From Gammaproteobacteria bacterium (GTDB taxonomy: Bacteria > Pseudomonadota > Gammaproteobacteria > Eutrophobiales > Eutrophobiaceae), in contig CBDCDS010000003.1 in the NCBI GenBank assembly GCA_965215365.1, positions 512,001 to 576,000 of the forward strand: 64,000 nucleotides of DNA, written 5' to 3'. This document shows positions 38,201 through 48,730 of the stretch, in pieces; positions within the stretch are counted from its first letter, which is position 1; the number at the start of each line of letters is the position of its first letter. The notes beneath the pieces were generated by a model. It made no database searches. It was not told the DNA's origin and worked only from the letters and a program-made list of their open reading frames with translations. Made by a program: the position numbers and the translations under genes.

Positions 38201-39418
38201 ATGAGTGTGAGCGCAAACAAGACGATAGACTGGGATAAACTGGTCAGGTTGTTCGTCCCCGGCTCGGGTGTGACGCCGCCCTTGCTGGCCGGCAGGGAAG
38301 GACCTCTGCAAAAACTCGCCGATCTGGTTGGCTACCTGCAGGAAGGCGGCAGCGCTGCGCCCGGAGATGTCGTGCTGTTGGGGCCGCGCGGCAATGGTAA
38401 AACGGTATTGTTGAACGCGTTCAGACAGCAGTCAGACGGCAAGGATATCGATATTCTGTCGTTGAAAGCAAAACAGGTTAGTGACGAGGTCAGGCTTGCG
38501 ATATATCTGCTCCGTCAACGCGAAGTCTCGATGAAAGATGCTGAGGCGCTCAAACTTGACAAGGGAAAAGTGGGCTTGAATTTCGTGTCAGGAGAATTGA
38601 GCAGGATGAACCGGGAGGACCGGGAAGCCCACATGACCACCCACCTGTTTGACCTCCTGGCGGCCCGCTGCCGCAACAGGCCATTGATGGTGACCATTGA
38701 CGAGGCGCATACACTGGATGTCGAGACCGGGCGTCTGCTGCTGAACACCAGCCAGGCAGTACGAGAAACCGGCGCCCCATTCCTGCTTGCGCTGGCCGGG
38801 ACGCCCAACCTGCGCGATCACCTGGACCTTATGAGCGCCACCTTCTGGGATCGCGCAGAAATCATCAGCGTAGGCAGACTGGATAGTGCAGCCACCCGCG
38901 CCGCGTTATTGGAGCCTCTTAAGGCGTCCGGAGTCAGCGTTGAGCATGAGGCGCTGGAGGTGGTCAGCACCGAGAGCCAACAATACCCGTACTTCATCCA
39001 GGCCTGGGGCAAAGCCCTGTGTCTGGCGTTACGGGACCGGAAGGCCACACATATTGATACGTTGCTGGTTGACGCGGCCCGTCCGATCTTTGCGGAGAGA
39101 AGGATCGATTACTACGAAAAACGTTATGAGGAGCTAATCCGGCAGGACTTGCTTGAAGCCGCCAAGGCCGTGTCTGCGGGATTTGAGGACGCACAGGTCG
39201 TTGACAGTGATGTGTTAAAAGAGAATCTGGTTGCCGCCCTGTCTCTGGATTCACAGGGCGCGCTCGACCTGCTCAGAAAACTCTCTCATCTCGGGTTTAT
39301 CTGGAAACCACCGGCCAGCATTTACTACGAACCCGGCATTCCCAGCCTCATGGGCTATGTGTTGGCAGGGCGGGGGGAACTCTCTGGCGATGGAAAAAGC
39401 GCCAATCCCGTAGCATGA
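38201..39418 (+). CDS. AAA+ ATPase (AAA_16-like) with wHTH C-terminus
   Basis: PPLLAGRE, GPRGNGKT, VTIDEAH, YPYFIQAWG, GIPSLM.Y. Confidence 0.85.
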   Translation: MSVSANKTIDWDKLVRLFVPGSGVTPPLLAGREGPLQKLADLVGYLQEGGSAAPGDVVLLGPRGNGKTVLLNAFRQQSDGKDIDILSLKAKQVSDEVRLAIYLLRQREVSMKDAEALKLDKGKVGLNFVSGELSRMNREDREAHMTTHLFDLLAARCRNRPLMVTIDEAHTLDVETGRLLLNTSQAVRETGAPFLLALAGTPNLRDHLDLMSATFWDRAEIISVGRLDSAATRAALLEPLKASGVSVEHEALEVVSTESQQYPYFIQAWGKALCLALRDRKATHIDTLLVDAARPIFAERRIDYYEKRYEELIRQDLLEAAKAVSAGFEDAQVVDSDVLKENLVAALSLDSQGALDLLRKLSHLGFIWKPPASIYYEPGIPSLMGYVLAGRGELSGDGKSANPVA

Positions 39419-39524
39419 GCGTCCGCCCTTCAGGCTGATTTTATACCGGAAAATTCTGCGTTTGGTTACAAGCATCCTGTTTTGCTATACTTGGTGCAAT
39501 GAGCCGCTCGGAGAAACAAAGAAC

Positions 39525-39707
39525 TTGAAATATCGGTCGAACAAAGAACAAATTAAGGCTCTGCTGAGAAACTTTGGTTTGGCTGTTACTCTGGGCGGTC
39601 TGTTTTACGGCACTTTGGACGGCGGCAGCTTAACCATAACAGTAGTCTTGTTTGGAGCGGGCGCCATAATCGCATACATCGGCACTTTGGAGAAAAAGCA
39701 TGATTGA
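39525..39707 (+). CDS. Small two-TM membrane protein
   Basis: RNFGLAVTLGGLF...VVLFGAGAIIAYIG; followed by overlapping tiny hydrophobic ORFs; start uncertain. Confidence 0.4.
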   Translation: MKYRSNKEQIKALLRNFGLAVTLGGLFYGTLDGGSLTITVVLFGAGAIIAYIGTLEKKHD

Positions 39708-39912
39708 AGTACTGACCCATCCTCTGATAGTGGGCACGTTCATATCCTCTACGATATTGCTGGGTGCCTGGTATCATGCCATGCAACAGGATGACGAGCC
39801 GGAGGAGGAAGATCGATGAATATCAGCCTGGTGGTGGTCACCGGCCTGGTCATGTCGTGGGCAGCCCGGCGTCAGAACTCCGAATAGTTCCTGGCACGGA
39901 CAGATGTCTTAA

Positions 39913-40067
39913 GGGTGCCTCTCACAAACACGAGGCGCCCGTGCAGCACAGGGATGTGCTGCCAGTCACTGCAAGCACGTAAGTGCTTGAAAATGAAGGA
40001 AATGAAAAATCACACTTTTTCATTTCCGTCTCACAAATCCGCCCGGAGCGGATTTTTAGAGGTTACC
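39913..40067 (-). mobile_element. 155-bp MITE, inverted relative to 37962-38137
   Basis: GGGTGCCTCT...AGAGGTTACC, TTAA/TTAG flanks; shares the cagcacatccctgtgctg core. Confidence 0.8.
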
Positions 40068-40094
40068 TTAGAAAACAACGTCAGAAAAATTGTG

Positions 40095-40159
40095 TTGACA
40101 TGTTGCAAACTGTAGTCTTAAATGTCATAAGGTTATGACATTCCTATCTGTTGCAAACT
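40095..40159 (+). promoter_or_regulatory. Putative promoter/operator of the TonB receptor
   Basis: TTGACA, direct repeat TGTTGCAAACT (40101, 40149) flanking perfect IR AATGTCATAA-gg-TTATGACATT. Confidence 0.55.
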
Positions 40160-40203
40160 TGGGCGAGCCTGCCCATGTACCTTGAGCGAGAGGGGCGACC
40201 ATT

Positions 40204-42588
40204 ATGTTAACGAATAAGTTACACCACACCAATATTCGTGCGGGGGGGCTGGTAGCGGCCTTTGCGTTCGCATTGACATCCTTTGTTCCGCAGTATTCCT
40301 ACGGTCAGGGTGCGCTGGAAGAGATCATCGTCACCGCAAGAAAGCGGGAGGAAAACCTGCAGGAGATTCCGTTGACGGTGAATGCGTTTACCGAAGCGGC
40401 ACTGGAGGCGCGCGGCATCACCTCGTTGCAGGATATTGCCGATTCCACGCCAGGCTTCGACTTTGCTCAGGCCTTCGGCAGGAATGATTTTCGTCCGGTC
40501 ATGAGGGGCCAGTCCAATATTGAGGGGCGCGCCAATGCCGGCCTGTTTTTGGAGGGGATTATCATTGAACAGGGCAACGCTACGATCCCGCTTAGCGCAT
40601 TGGAACGGGTCGAAGTAGTGAAAGGGCCACAGAGCACTCTGTACGGGCGCTCGACCCTAGCCGGCGCCGTCAACTATGTGTTGAAAAAGCCCGGCGATGA
40701 ATTTACAGGTGAAGTGACCGCCGAGTATGGCGAGCGTGACCATGTTCAGGTTGATTTACACGCCAGTGGCCCTATAGGTGAGGCTGCCGGGCTCGCCATC
40801 ACTCTGAGTCACTACGAACGGGGTGGTGAGTATGATAATTACTATCCGGGTAACGTACTGGGAACGCCCGAATACGAAAACGAAGTAGGCGGCGAAGAGA
40901 CCGACAGTTTGACAGCAGTCCTGACTTTCGATCCCACTGATCGTATCAGCCTGCAAGGTCACTTCATGTACGAGGAAACTGACGATGACCACTACGCCTT
41001 TGCCGTGCAACCCGCCAGCGCCAATAATTGCTATCGGGTGCCTCCGGGTACGCAGCCGATGCCGCCTGCAGGAACCCCTGTAGCGAGTGTGCCACGCATA
41101 GGCTCGCCTCATTATGGCGGTAGTGGTTATTATTGTGGGCGTATTGATGTGGACGATGTGCTGGCATACAACGAGGGCAATACCAAATTGGAGACCAGTT
41201 ACTTCAATGACCCGGGCACTGAGTATAAAACTACGCGCTTGGGCTTGAGGGCTGATATGGACGTGACCGATGCGGTTACTCTTACATCAGTGACCGGTTA
41301 CAATAATGTCGAGACACAGTCCAGGTGGGATTTATCCTGGGGCACTGAGGATCTGATCTTTTTTGGTCCCCGTGGCTTTGTCAGAGTAGGGTTTCTCGAC
41401 TCGGATGATGGTGATTTCGATGACTTTTCACAGGAACTGCGTCTGAGCTTTGACGGCGGGAACGCCTTCCGTTCTGTGTTTGGATTCTACTATTACGAAT
41501 CCGATTTCAAAAATCTGGATGGAGGAACTTCCGCATTTTCTGGGGCAATAAAGGAGACCTCTGCTCCATCAACTCTTACTGAGCAAGAGTACATTCAGAG
41601 TTGGTCGGTGTTCGGTTCAGTGGAGTTTGATTTCATGGAAAAAATGACGGTTGGTGCTGAGTTCCGCTATAATGAAGATGATATAGAGAAAGGTGGGGGT
41701 GGCGATACCATAAAACGCTCTTTTGATGCTTTCTTGCCCAAGTTCACTGCGAGCTATAAGGCAAACGACGACTTTATGCTCTACGCTAACATCTCCAAAG
41801 GCAACAAGCCGGGCGACGTGAATATCCAAGAAAATCTCCCTGACTCTGAAAGACCGGTAGATGAAGAAGACGCTTGGAACTTTGAGTTTGGTATAAAATC
41901 CGCTTGGATGGACAACCGTGTCATCGCCAATGCTGCGGTGTACCATATCGACTGGAGCGACCAACAGCTTACCACCACGCGTTTTATCAATAATGAACAG
42001 TTCTCTATCTTGGAAAACATAGGTAAATCCACCGTCACCGGCATCGAGCTTGATCTTGCTGTGCAGTTGACAGACTTCTGGGACGCTCGCATTGGTTATG
42101 CTTGGACCGATACCGAAATTGACGAATTGCTTTATGCGGTGGATGAGGGTGCACAAAGTGTGCCGGGCACTTTCAAAGAGGCAGCCTTGATTTTCGGCTA
42201 TACACCTGATGGCAACGTGTTAATCAGTGGGACGGAACTGCCTCAAACCTCCAAGCACCAGCTGAGCCTGTCCAGTACGTTGCATGGTAACGTCGCGGAT
42301 AGTTGGTCATGGTTCCTGCGCGGCGATTTCAACTATAACTCAAGGCGTTATGACCAAGTATATAATCTGGCTCACACCGGCAGCAGGGAAAGGGTCAATC
42401 TACGCGGTGGCATCAAAAGTGGTAACTTTGATGTTGAGGTCTGGGTAGACAATCTTTTCGACAATGAAACTCCGCCAGCACTGATCCGCTACGCCGAGTT
42501 TGGAGCGTTTTTCTCGACCACCAGGGTCATCGGCGTGACCCTGCCGGAAAAACGGCGCATCGGCGTCACCGCCCGCTACCGGTTCTGA
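40204..42588 (+). CDS. TonB-dependent receptor
   Basis: LEEIIVTARKREE, ERVEVVKGPQSTLYG, C-terminal ARYRF. Confidence 0.95.
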   Translation: MLTNKLHHTNIRAGGLVAAFAFALTSFVPQYSYGQGALEEIIVTARKREENLQEIPLTVNAFTEAALEARGITSLQDIADSTPGFDFAQAFGRNDFRPVMRGQSNIEGRANAGLFLEGIIIEQGNATIPLSALERVEVVKGPQSTLYGRSTLAGAVNYVLKKPGDEFTGEVTAEYGERDHVQVDLHASGPIGEAAGLAITLSHYERGGEYDNYYPGNVLGTPEYENEVGGEETDSLTAVLTFDPTDRISLQGHFMYEETDDDHYAFAVQPASANNCYRVPPGTQPMPPAGTPVASVPRIGSPHYGGSGYYCGRIDVDDVLAYNEGNTKLETSYFNDPGTEYKTTRLGLRADMDVTDAVTLTSVTGYNNVETQSRWDLSWGTEDLIFFGPRGFVRVGFLDSDDGDFDDFSQELRLSFDGGNAFRSVFGFYYYESDFKNLDGGTSAFSGAIKETSAPSTLTEQEYIQSWSVFGSVEFDFMEKMTVGAEFRYNEDDIEKGGGGDTIKRSFDAFLPKFTASYKANDDFMLYANISKGNKPGDVNIQENLPDSERPVDEEDAWNFEFGIKSAWMDNRVIANAAVYHIDWSDQQLTTTRFINNEQFSILENIGKSTVTGIELDLAVQLTDFWDARIGYAWTDTEIDELLYAVDEGAQSVPGTFKEAALIFGYTPDGNVLISGTELPQTSKHQLSLSSTLHGNVADSWSWFLRGDFNYNSRRYDQVYNLAHTGSRERVNLRGGIKSGNFDVEVWVDNLFDNETPPALIRYAEFGAFFSTTRVIGVTLPEKRRIGVTARYRF

Positions 42589-42630
42589 GCAGGATACAGC
42601 AGTTTCCTCCGATACTTGTCGGGGCTTTAC

Positions 42631-42671
42631 CTGCGGGTGGTTTCGCTGAAACCGCCCGCAGTGTTTTTTTT
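42631..42671 (+). terminator. Rho-independent terminator
   Basis: CTGCGGGTGGTTTC-gct-GAAACCGCCCGCAG followed by a T-run. Confidence 0.8.
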
Positions 42672-42774
42672 CGATGACTTTGAATTTACTGACAGCTCTT
42701 GCCGCTCTAGTGGGCGGTGCTGTATTGGCCAGTTGGACCCGGGCACATACTTGATTTCAAGAATAACAGAGAGT

Positions 42775-43512
42775 ATGAGCATTGACGCGATACGCGCCGA
42801 TCTGGAGCGTTTCCCGGAACCGTTGCATTTACCGTTGCGTTACAACAGCCTGGGCAGCCCGTATGTGACGATCGAAACCGATGGCGCCACCGTCACCCGC
42901 CTAGCTGAAGACTCTCTCATTAACACGTTCCGTCGGGTGCTGCTCGATCCCCTGCGCGGGCTGGTGATGTTGATGTCACCGAGCTCTCGGCACGAGGACC
43001 TTGCCATTGCCACCGATGGTCTGGTCGAAGCGATAACCCGAGTCATGCGTATCGGTTGTACACCGTTGAGAGCGACGCGTTGGGGCGATGACAATCAGGG
43101 CATGGTGGAAGCCGACGAAAGCTATTATATCGGCGCCAAGGCGGATGCTTATCTTGCCGCGAAGAGGGTCGGGCTTCAGGCCGGAGAGCGGTTTACCCGC
43201 GAGCATGTGCCGGATCTGGTCGTCGAAGCCACCGTCACGCACTATGATGCCTACAAGCTGGAAGCATATAAACGCCTAGGTGTGACCGAGTACTGGCAGA
43301 TAAAAGCGGATAAACGGGAAGACCTGCTGAAAGAAGCCGATGTGCTGCTCATGGAGGTGCAATCCGATACGGCTATCGCCGTCTCCGGCCTGTTGCCCGA
43401 GGTCACCCCGGCTCTGCTTGTTGAATGCCTGAACAAGCTGAATGTCACGTCCAGGCATGAGTGGCATGAGGTAGTTAATCAGGTATTGCGCGCGCGGCAT
43501 CATATCTATTGA
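42775..43512 (+). CDS. Uma2 family PD-(D/E)XK endonuclease
   Basis: MSPS..HE, EADESYY, PDLVVEA, KLEAYKRLGVTEYW. Confidence 0.85.
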   Translation: MSIDAIRADLERFPEPLHLPLRYNSLGSPYVTIETDGATVTRLAEDSLINTFRRVLLDPLRGLVMLMSPSSRHEDLAIATDGLVEAITRVMRIGCTPLRATRWGDDNQGMVEADESYYIGAKADAYLAAKRVGLQAGERFTREHVPDLVVEATVTHYDAYKLEAYKRLGVTEYWQIKADKREDLLKEADVLLMEVQSDTAIAVSGLLPEVTPALLVECLNKLNVTSRHEWHEVVNQVLRARHHIY

Positions 43513-43575
43513 CAACGACTGACCTGTGCAAAAACAGATACACCACTTTATTCACACCACCACCGACGAGTACTT

Positions 43576-44448
43576 ATGAAAATTACCTTCACCCTCGCAT
43601 GGGCTGGCGCTGCCCTGCTCGCCAGCGCCAGCCTGTTTGCTCAGATAGATTTTGCCACCGGCACAGGTTACATCCAGGCGCAGCGTAAAATTCATTGCTC
43701 CTTAAAAGACAACGACCCGGTGACCTATATGTGGCAGGGCAGGGGCTATGCGCGGGTGCCGGGGGAACGGGACAAGCTGCTGTTCAAGGTGCTGGGCATG
43801 AACGTGCGCCAGTGCGTCACCGTCAACGATGCGGAGAAGGGCGAAGGATACCGTATGGTGTCACGGGAAATCATGTTGTACCTGGACCCGCAAACCGGAG
43901 AGATATTGCGCGAGTGGGACAACCCCTGGACCGGGGAGACCGTGGCAGTACTGCATGTCGCCAATGACCCGGTGAACCAACCGCCGCATTTCGCGGTGGG
44001 CAGGGACGGCAAGCAACGCCGGTTTGAGCCTATGATGATAGGCGACACCGCGTTTTTGGCGTATGAAATTCCACTGTTTTATACCAACCCGCTGGGCGGA
44101 GACTACCAAAAGTATGTGGGCAACCGCTACCACGCCACAGAGATCTTCGATTTTACCGCCGACATCAACGATATTGCCGACCTGTCTGAAGATACCGCCC
44201 AGGTCAATGTCGCCTGGGTACGTATGGCCCCCTGGCTGCCGTGGATGAAAATGGGCAGCCGCGCCGGGTTGACGTATTTCAACGCAGTTGGTGCCAAGCT
44301 GAACAGCTGGGACGAGCTGCCGGCCTTGATGAAGGATGAAATCAAGGCCAACTACCCGGACTATACCAGCCCGCCCCCGGGTGACGACGCCAGACCGAAC
44401 GAAACCAGTTGGACTTACTTCAAGAAAATCAAGGATGCCGCCGAGTAG
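43576..44448 (+). CDS. DUF1838 family secreted protein
   Basis: LFKVLGMNVRQC, SREIMLYLDP.TGE, WDNPWTGE, ANDPVN, PWLPWMKMG. Confidence 0.85.
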   Translation: MKITFTLAWAGAALLASASLFAQIDFATGTGYIQAQRKIHCSLKDNDPVTYMWQGRGYARVPGERDKLLFKVLGMNVRQCVTVNDAEKGEGYRMVSREIMLYLDPQTGEILREWDNPWTGETVAVLHVANDPVNQPPHFAVGRDGKQRRFEPMMIGDTAFLAYEIPLFYTNPLGGDYQKYVGNRYHATEIFDFTADINDIADLSEDTAQVNVAWVRMAPWLPWMKMGSRAGLTYFNAVGAKLNSWDELPALMKDEIKANYPDYTSPPPGDDARPNETSWTYFKKIKDAAE

Positions 44449-44504
44449 CCGGTAGAGGTTCCCTTGGGTCAATCCAGGGGCTTGTCCGGTTGCTCACCCG
44501 AATG

Positions 44505-44639
44505 CTAGGGTCGCGGCGCCAGTAAACCTTCAATACGGCTGACCCGGTCGGCAAGATCATCCAACCGGCTCCCTTGACGCAAGATGAGCCCCGCCAGTGC
44601 GATAGCCGAGCCGATGATCGCAATAAGTTCAGGTGACAT
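44505..44639 (-). CDS. Small TM + coiled-coil peptide
   Basis: MSPELIAIIGSAIALAGLIL...DRVSRIEGLL; AGGAG SD. Confidence 0.5.
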   Translation of the reverse strand: MSPELIAIIGSAIALAGLILRQGSRLDDLADRVSRIEGLLAPRP

Positions 44640-44802
44640 AATTTTCTCCTTATTCAACGGTTCAATCATGGTTGTCGTCCCTCCCAAAGTGTGCTGGCAA
44701 TTATAGCAAAAATTTTAAGATGGAGGGCATTTTTGCTATGTAAATTTTGCAAATTTACATACAGTCGGGGCGTGCAACACCCTGATCATGAGGGTTTAGA
44801 GG

Positions 44803-46044
44803 CTACCTCAATACAGCATTCCGATTCCGGCGTATCAATACGACGATGAGCAGCGCCGACACGGCACACAGGGTTATCAGCAAATCGAAAGCCGGCAGGT
44901 ACGACCCCTGGGCGTCGCGCACAGTGCCCAGGTATTTTATGCCGGCGGCACCGGCAAGGGAGTCCACGGCGGTCATCAGCGCCAGGATCTTGCCGTAGGA
45001 GGCACCGGCGAAATATTCTGCCAGAACCTGCTGGATCATGCTGAACGTCCCGCCGAAACCCATACCGAACACCACCGAGTATGCATACAGCATGAAGAGC
45101 TTGTCGGCGGCGACGAGGCGCAGCAATGCCAGCCCCAGTATCAGGCTCAGGACCGTGCAGAACATGACCCAGAGCTTGGGAAGTTTGTCGCTGAGCCAGC
45201 CGAGCAGCAGTTTACCGATGATGGCGCACCAGAAGAACAGGCTGAATATCAACGGCAACCGGGCTGCGTCCACGCCCAGGTCTTTACCGATGAAGATGGA
45301 CTGGTGCTGGATCATGCTCATCGTGGCGAACCAGAGCGCGCCGGTGACAAACGCCAGCATATAAAACACCGGCATTTTCACAGCTTGTCCCAGAGTCGGC
45401 CCTGCACTTGCCGTCACCGCGACGCCCGCGGTTGCGGCCGGCAAGGCATCGCCGTCCACATTGAGCCCCAGTTCCTCGGGGCGGTTGCGCACCAGCAGCA
45501 AGACTGCGCCTACCATCATCACGCTGCCCAAAATCGCAATCATCAGTGCCGCCTGACGCCAGCCCTGGGTGATCAGCGTCTCCCTGGCGACTAACGGAAA
45601 TATGGCGCCGCCGACGGTGGACCCGGTCAGCAACAGCCCCAGGGCCAGCCCTCGATGACGTTTGAACCAGCGCGTCAGTATCAGCATGTTGGGCACCAGG
45701 CCACAAGCGGCCAGACCCAGGGCAAAGACAATGTAAATCGCAGTCAGCTGGTGCAGGGAGGTGATGGCCGGATAAAAACACAGCGCCGCGATCAGGGCAA
45801 CAATTCCGAGCAGCATGATCATGCGCGTGGAATAGCGGTCAAACAAGGCCCCGATGAACGGCGTGAGCAAGGCTGCCACCACATAAAACAGCGCGGCCGG
45901 GCGCGTCACCTCGGCACTGCTCCAGCCAAACTCGGCGATGAGTTCGGGATAAAATAACGGCAAGGTGTACATCAGTATGCCGTTGTTGGCCGCGTAAATC
46001 AGAAACAGGCCCAACAGCACCCACCACCCGTAGAAAATTTTCAT
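44803..46044 (-). CDS. MFS transporter
   Basis: FYGWWV, G.LFDRYS.R, RWFKRHRGLALG, GWLSDK. Confidence 0.9.
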   Translation of the reverse strand: MKIFYGWWVLLGLFLIYAANNGILMYTLPLFYPELIAEFGWSSAEVTRPAALFYVVAALLTPFIGALFDRYSTRMIMLLGIVALIAALCFYPAITSLHQLTAIYIVFALGLAACGLVPNMLILTRWFKRHRGLALGLLLTGSTVGGAIFPLVARETLITQGWRQAALMIAILGSVMMVGAVLLLVRNRPEELGLNVDGDALPAATAGVAVTASAGPTLGQAVKMPVFYMLAFVTGALWFATMSMIQHQSIFIGKDLGVDAARLPLIFSLFFWCAIIGKLLLGWLSDKLPKLWVMFCTVLSLILGLALLRLVAADKLFMLYAYSVVFGMGFGGTFSMIQQVLAEYFAGASYGKILALMTAVDSLAGAAGIKYLGTVRDAQGSYLPAFDLLITLCAVSALLIVVLIRRNRNAVLR

Positions 46045-46229
46045 ATCAATAAACCTCTTGAAGGAGGGCACATAAGCAGAGGTTACTTGCTATCGAACGC
46101 ACGCTTTGTCGCCAGTATAGCAGCAATAGCAAACAGGAATCCGGTGGCTGACAAAAACAGCGCGCGCCGTTGCGGTTATTTTCATATAATGGGTGCTTCT
46201 AACCACCTTTTTTGCAAGAGAACAGGACC

Positions 46230-47471
46230 ATGAGCGTCAATTACATAGACGAACACTTGGATGAGGTACGCGCCGAATTCAAACTGCTGGAGCACTGGGT
46301 GTACCTGAACGCAGCCGACCAGATGGTGCCGGGCAATTACTGGCTGCACGCAGTGCGGGAATTTTATAACTATGTCGAGTACGGCCGCATGGAGGACATT
46401 CCGGTTGCCGACATCGCCACCCATCCGTTCCTGTTGCCCAAGTGGGATGAGAGCGTGCGCCTGAGCGCCAAATTCATCAACGCCGACCCGGACGAGGTCA
46501 CCAACGCCTACCGTCCGGCCATCACCACGAACCTGATCCTGTACAACATGATGGAGTGGGAAGCCGGTGACAATGTGGTGATTACCGACCTGTCCTACCC
46601 GTCTATCCCCTACATCCTGCAGGACCTGCGGCGCCGTTACGGCCTCGAGCTCCGGGTGGCGCGTAACGTCAACGGCGAGATTCTCATGGAAGACCTGGAA
46701 CAGCTGGTGGATGGCAACACCCGCATGGTGATCGTGGATCGCACTACGGCGTTCTGCGGCTTCACCTTCGATATGCAGGAAGTCTGCCGCATCGCCCATG
46801 CACAGGGCGCGCTGGTGCTGGACGATGCCATACAAAGCCTGGGCGCGGTGAATATAGACGTGAAAGCCGACGATGTGGACTTCCTGGTATCGGGCGCCTA
46901 CAAGTGGCAGTGCGGCCCGGAGGGCGCCGGCATTTTCTATATCAAGCGCGCCGTGATGGACCGCATCGACGCCCGCTACCGCAACTATATCTGGGCCGAT
47001 GTCCCCGGTTCCATGCCGTTTTCGCACCGCGACCACGACAACATCGAAAGCTGGACCTGTCCCCCGGTCAACAACGCCAACCGCTTCTCGCAGGACACCA
47101 CCATCGGCTCCTCCCTGTTCGGCTGGGTGGCCACGCTCAAGTTTTACGAGAAGATCGGCATCAAAAACGTGGAGGAACGGGTGCGACGCCTCGGTACCTA
47201 TACCATCGAGCGGTTACAGGACATCGGCTGCCGGGTCACCTGCCCCACCGCCCCGAATAAACGCCACGGCCTGATCACCTACACCAGCGGCGATTACGAC
47301 AAGGATCAGGCCTTTTTCGAGCGCTGCGCCGCCCCCGGCCGCTGCCGGAGGCCCATTAAAATCTCCATGCGCACCTTAGGCGGTATCGGCAACCTGCGCG
47401 TCAGCACGCATTTCTTCAACACCGAGGAAGAGATTGACTACCTGATCGATTTGCAGAAGCAGATGCTGTGA
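46230..47471 (+). CDS. Aminotransferase class V (PLP-dependent)
   Basis: VYLNAA, LDDAIQSLG, SGAYKWQCGPEG, LRVSTHFFNTEEEID. Confidence 0.9.
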   Translation: MSVNYIDEHLDEVRAEFKLLEHWVYLNAADQMVPGNYWLHAVREFYNYVEYGRMEDIPVADIATHPFLLPKWDESVRLSAKFINADPDEVTNAYRPAITTNLILYNMMEWEAGDNVVITDLSYPSIPYILQDLRRRYGLELRVARNVNGEILMEDLEQLVDGNTRMVIVDRTTAFCGFTFDMQEVCRIAHAQGALVLDDAIQSLGAVNIDVKADDVDFLVSGAYKWQCGPEGAGIFYIKRAVMDRIDARYRNYIWADVPGSMPFSHRDHDNIESWTCPPVNNANRFSQDTTIGSSLFGWVATLKFYEKIGIKNVEERVRRLGTYTIERLQDIGCRVTCPTAPNKRHGLITYTSGDYDKDQAFFERCAAPGRCRRPIKISMRTLGGIGNLRVSTHFFNTEEEIDYLIDLQKQML

Positions 47472-47492
47472 GCAGCGTCTCTGAAGACAGCC

Positions 47493-48614
47493 TCAGCCAA
47501 GCCTGTCAAGCCATTTTCCCAGCGGCAAGGTGTTAATTCCGTCTTGCTCTTCGGCGCGGTCCAATTGTAGTACAAGTTGTATAGACCGTTCAGGTTGCAA
47601 CTTGTCGGAGTAATACCTGAGGCTGTTACTGATGGTGGTATCCGATTTTTTCACCTCAATCAGGGTATGCACCCGCCGGTTGCGCGTGACCACAAAATCC
47701 ACTTCCCGTTTTTCCTTATCGCGTAGGTAAAACAGGCCCCAGTTCTCCCCGGTGGAATCTTTTCTGAACTGGATATGCTTCAACAGACAACAAGCGACCA
47801 GGTTTTCCAGTTGTGCGCCCTGCGTCTCATCATACGCCGCCGCGCAATCGTAAAAAAACACCCGCTTTTCCTTACGGATGCTGCGGGCGACGCGGCTTGA
47901 ATAGGGCGGCAGCAGAAACACGAGGTAAAGTTTCTCCAACAGTTCCACCCAGCTTCTGACTGTTGGCGGGGATACCCCCAGGTTGCGTGCAAGACCGTCA
48001 TACTTGACCGGTTTGCCCACGCCATCGCGCAGCAATTCCACCAGGTCGGCAGCGCCGCGCCAGGCATTGAGACGAGACAGGTCGCGACTGTCTTCCCTGA
48101 CAACCAGATCCAGCCGATCATTAAGCAGTCGCTGCGCTTCATCCGGATTCAGCAAGGCTTCCGGGAACCCCCCTGTTTGCAGCAATCGCAGCACGCGTTC
48201 GGCGAGGGGAACATCAGGCAGGAAGTATTTCGCTTCGGCGATGTCAACAGGATGCAGCCGGTAGAAATAATGCCTGCCGGTCAAGGCATCCCCGGTTCTG
48301 CGCAACGCATCAAGACGGGCACTGCCGGTGACAAGCACGGGAGGTGTATTGCCGAATTCATCAACCACCCCTTTCAGCAGATTTTTCCACTTGGGCGCCT
48401 TGTGCAATTCATCCAGCACCACCAGCGACGCATCCTTGGGCCAGGCTACCTCCCGAATAATCCTGCGGTCCCTGACGATGTCCCAGTTCAGATATTGACC
48501 CTCCTGGTCCAGCAACGATTTGGCCAGAGTCGTTTTACCACACTGACGCGGCCCGGCCAGGATGACCATTTTTTTATCCAGGTCCGCGCGCAGCTTGGGC
48601 AACAGGTAGCGCAT
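47493..48614 (-). CDS. AAA_14 + DUF4143 ATPase
   Basis: GPRQCGKT, LDELHK, VTGSAR, REVDFV..IEVK. Confidence 0.9.
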   Translation of the reverse strand: MRYLLPKLRADLDKKMVILAGPRQCGKTTLAKSLLDQEGQYLNWDIVRDRRIIREVAWPKDASLVVLDELHKAPKWKNLLKGVVDEFGNTPPVLVTGSARLDALRRTGDALTGRHYFYRLHPVDIAEAKYFLPDVPLAERVLRLLQTGGFPEALLNPDEAQRLLNDRLDLVVREDSRDLSRLNAWRGAADLVELLRDGVGKPVKYDGLARNLGVSPPTVRSWVELLEKLYLVFLLPPYSSRVARSIRKEKRVFFYDCAAAYDETQGAQLENLVACCLLKHIQFRKDSTGENWGLFYLRDKEKREVDFVVTRNRRVHTLIEVKKSDTTISNSLRYYSDKLQPERSIQLVLQLDRAEEQDGINTLPLGKWLDRLG

Positions 48615-48676
48615 CCGACCATTATAAATAACAACTTATTTTGGTCAAGACTATTCTGAAGCAGTATTTATTTTAG

Positions 48677-48730
48677 CCCGCATATCTCACCAGGTGATGC
48701 GAAGATCGCGCCGGATTTTTTGATGCGCCC
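48677..48730 (+). repeat. CCCGCATATCTCACC-family MITE fragment
   Basis: ttag|cccgcatatctcaccaggtgatgcgaagatcgcgccggatt. Confidence 0.75.

Noticed and set aside
42616-42774. Extended N-terminus of the Uma2 ORF in the track (also 38132, 19688-20119, 50263)
   Set aside because: Extensions run through terminators, MITEs or non-coding DNA; downstream ATGs fit the family starts better.
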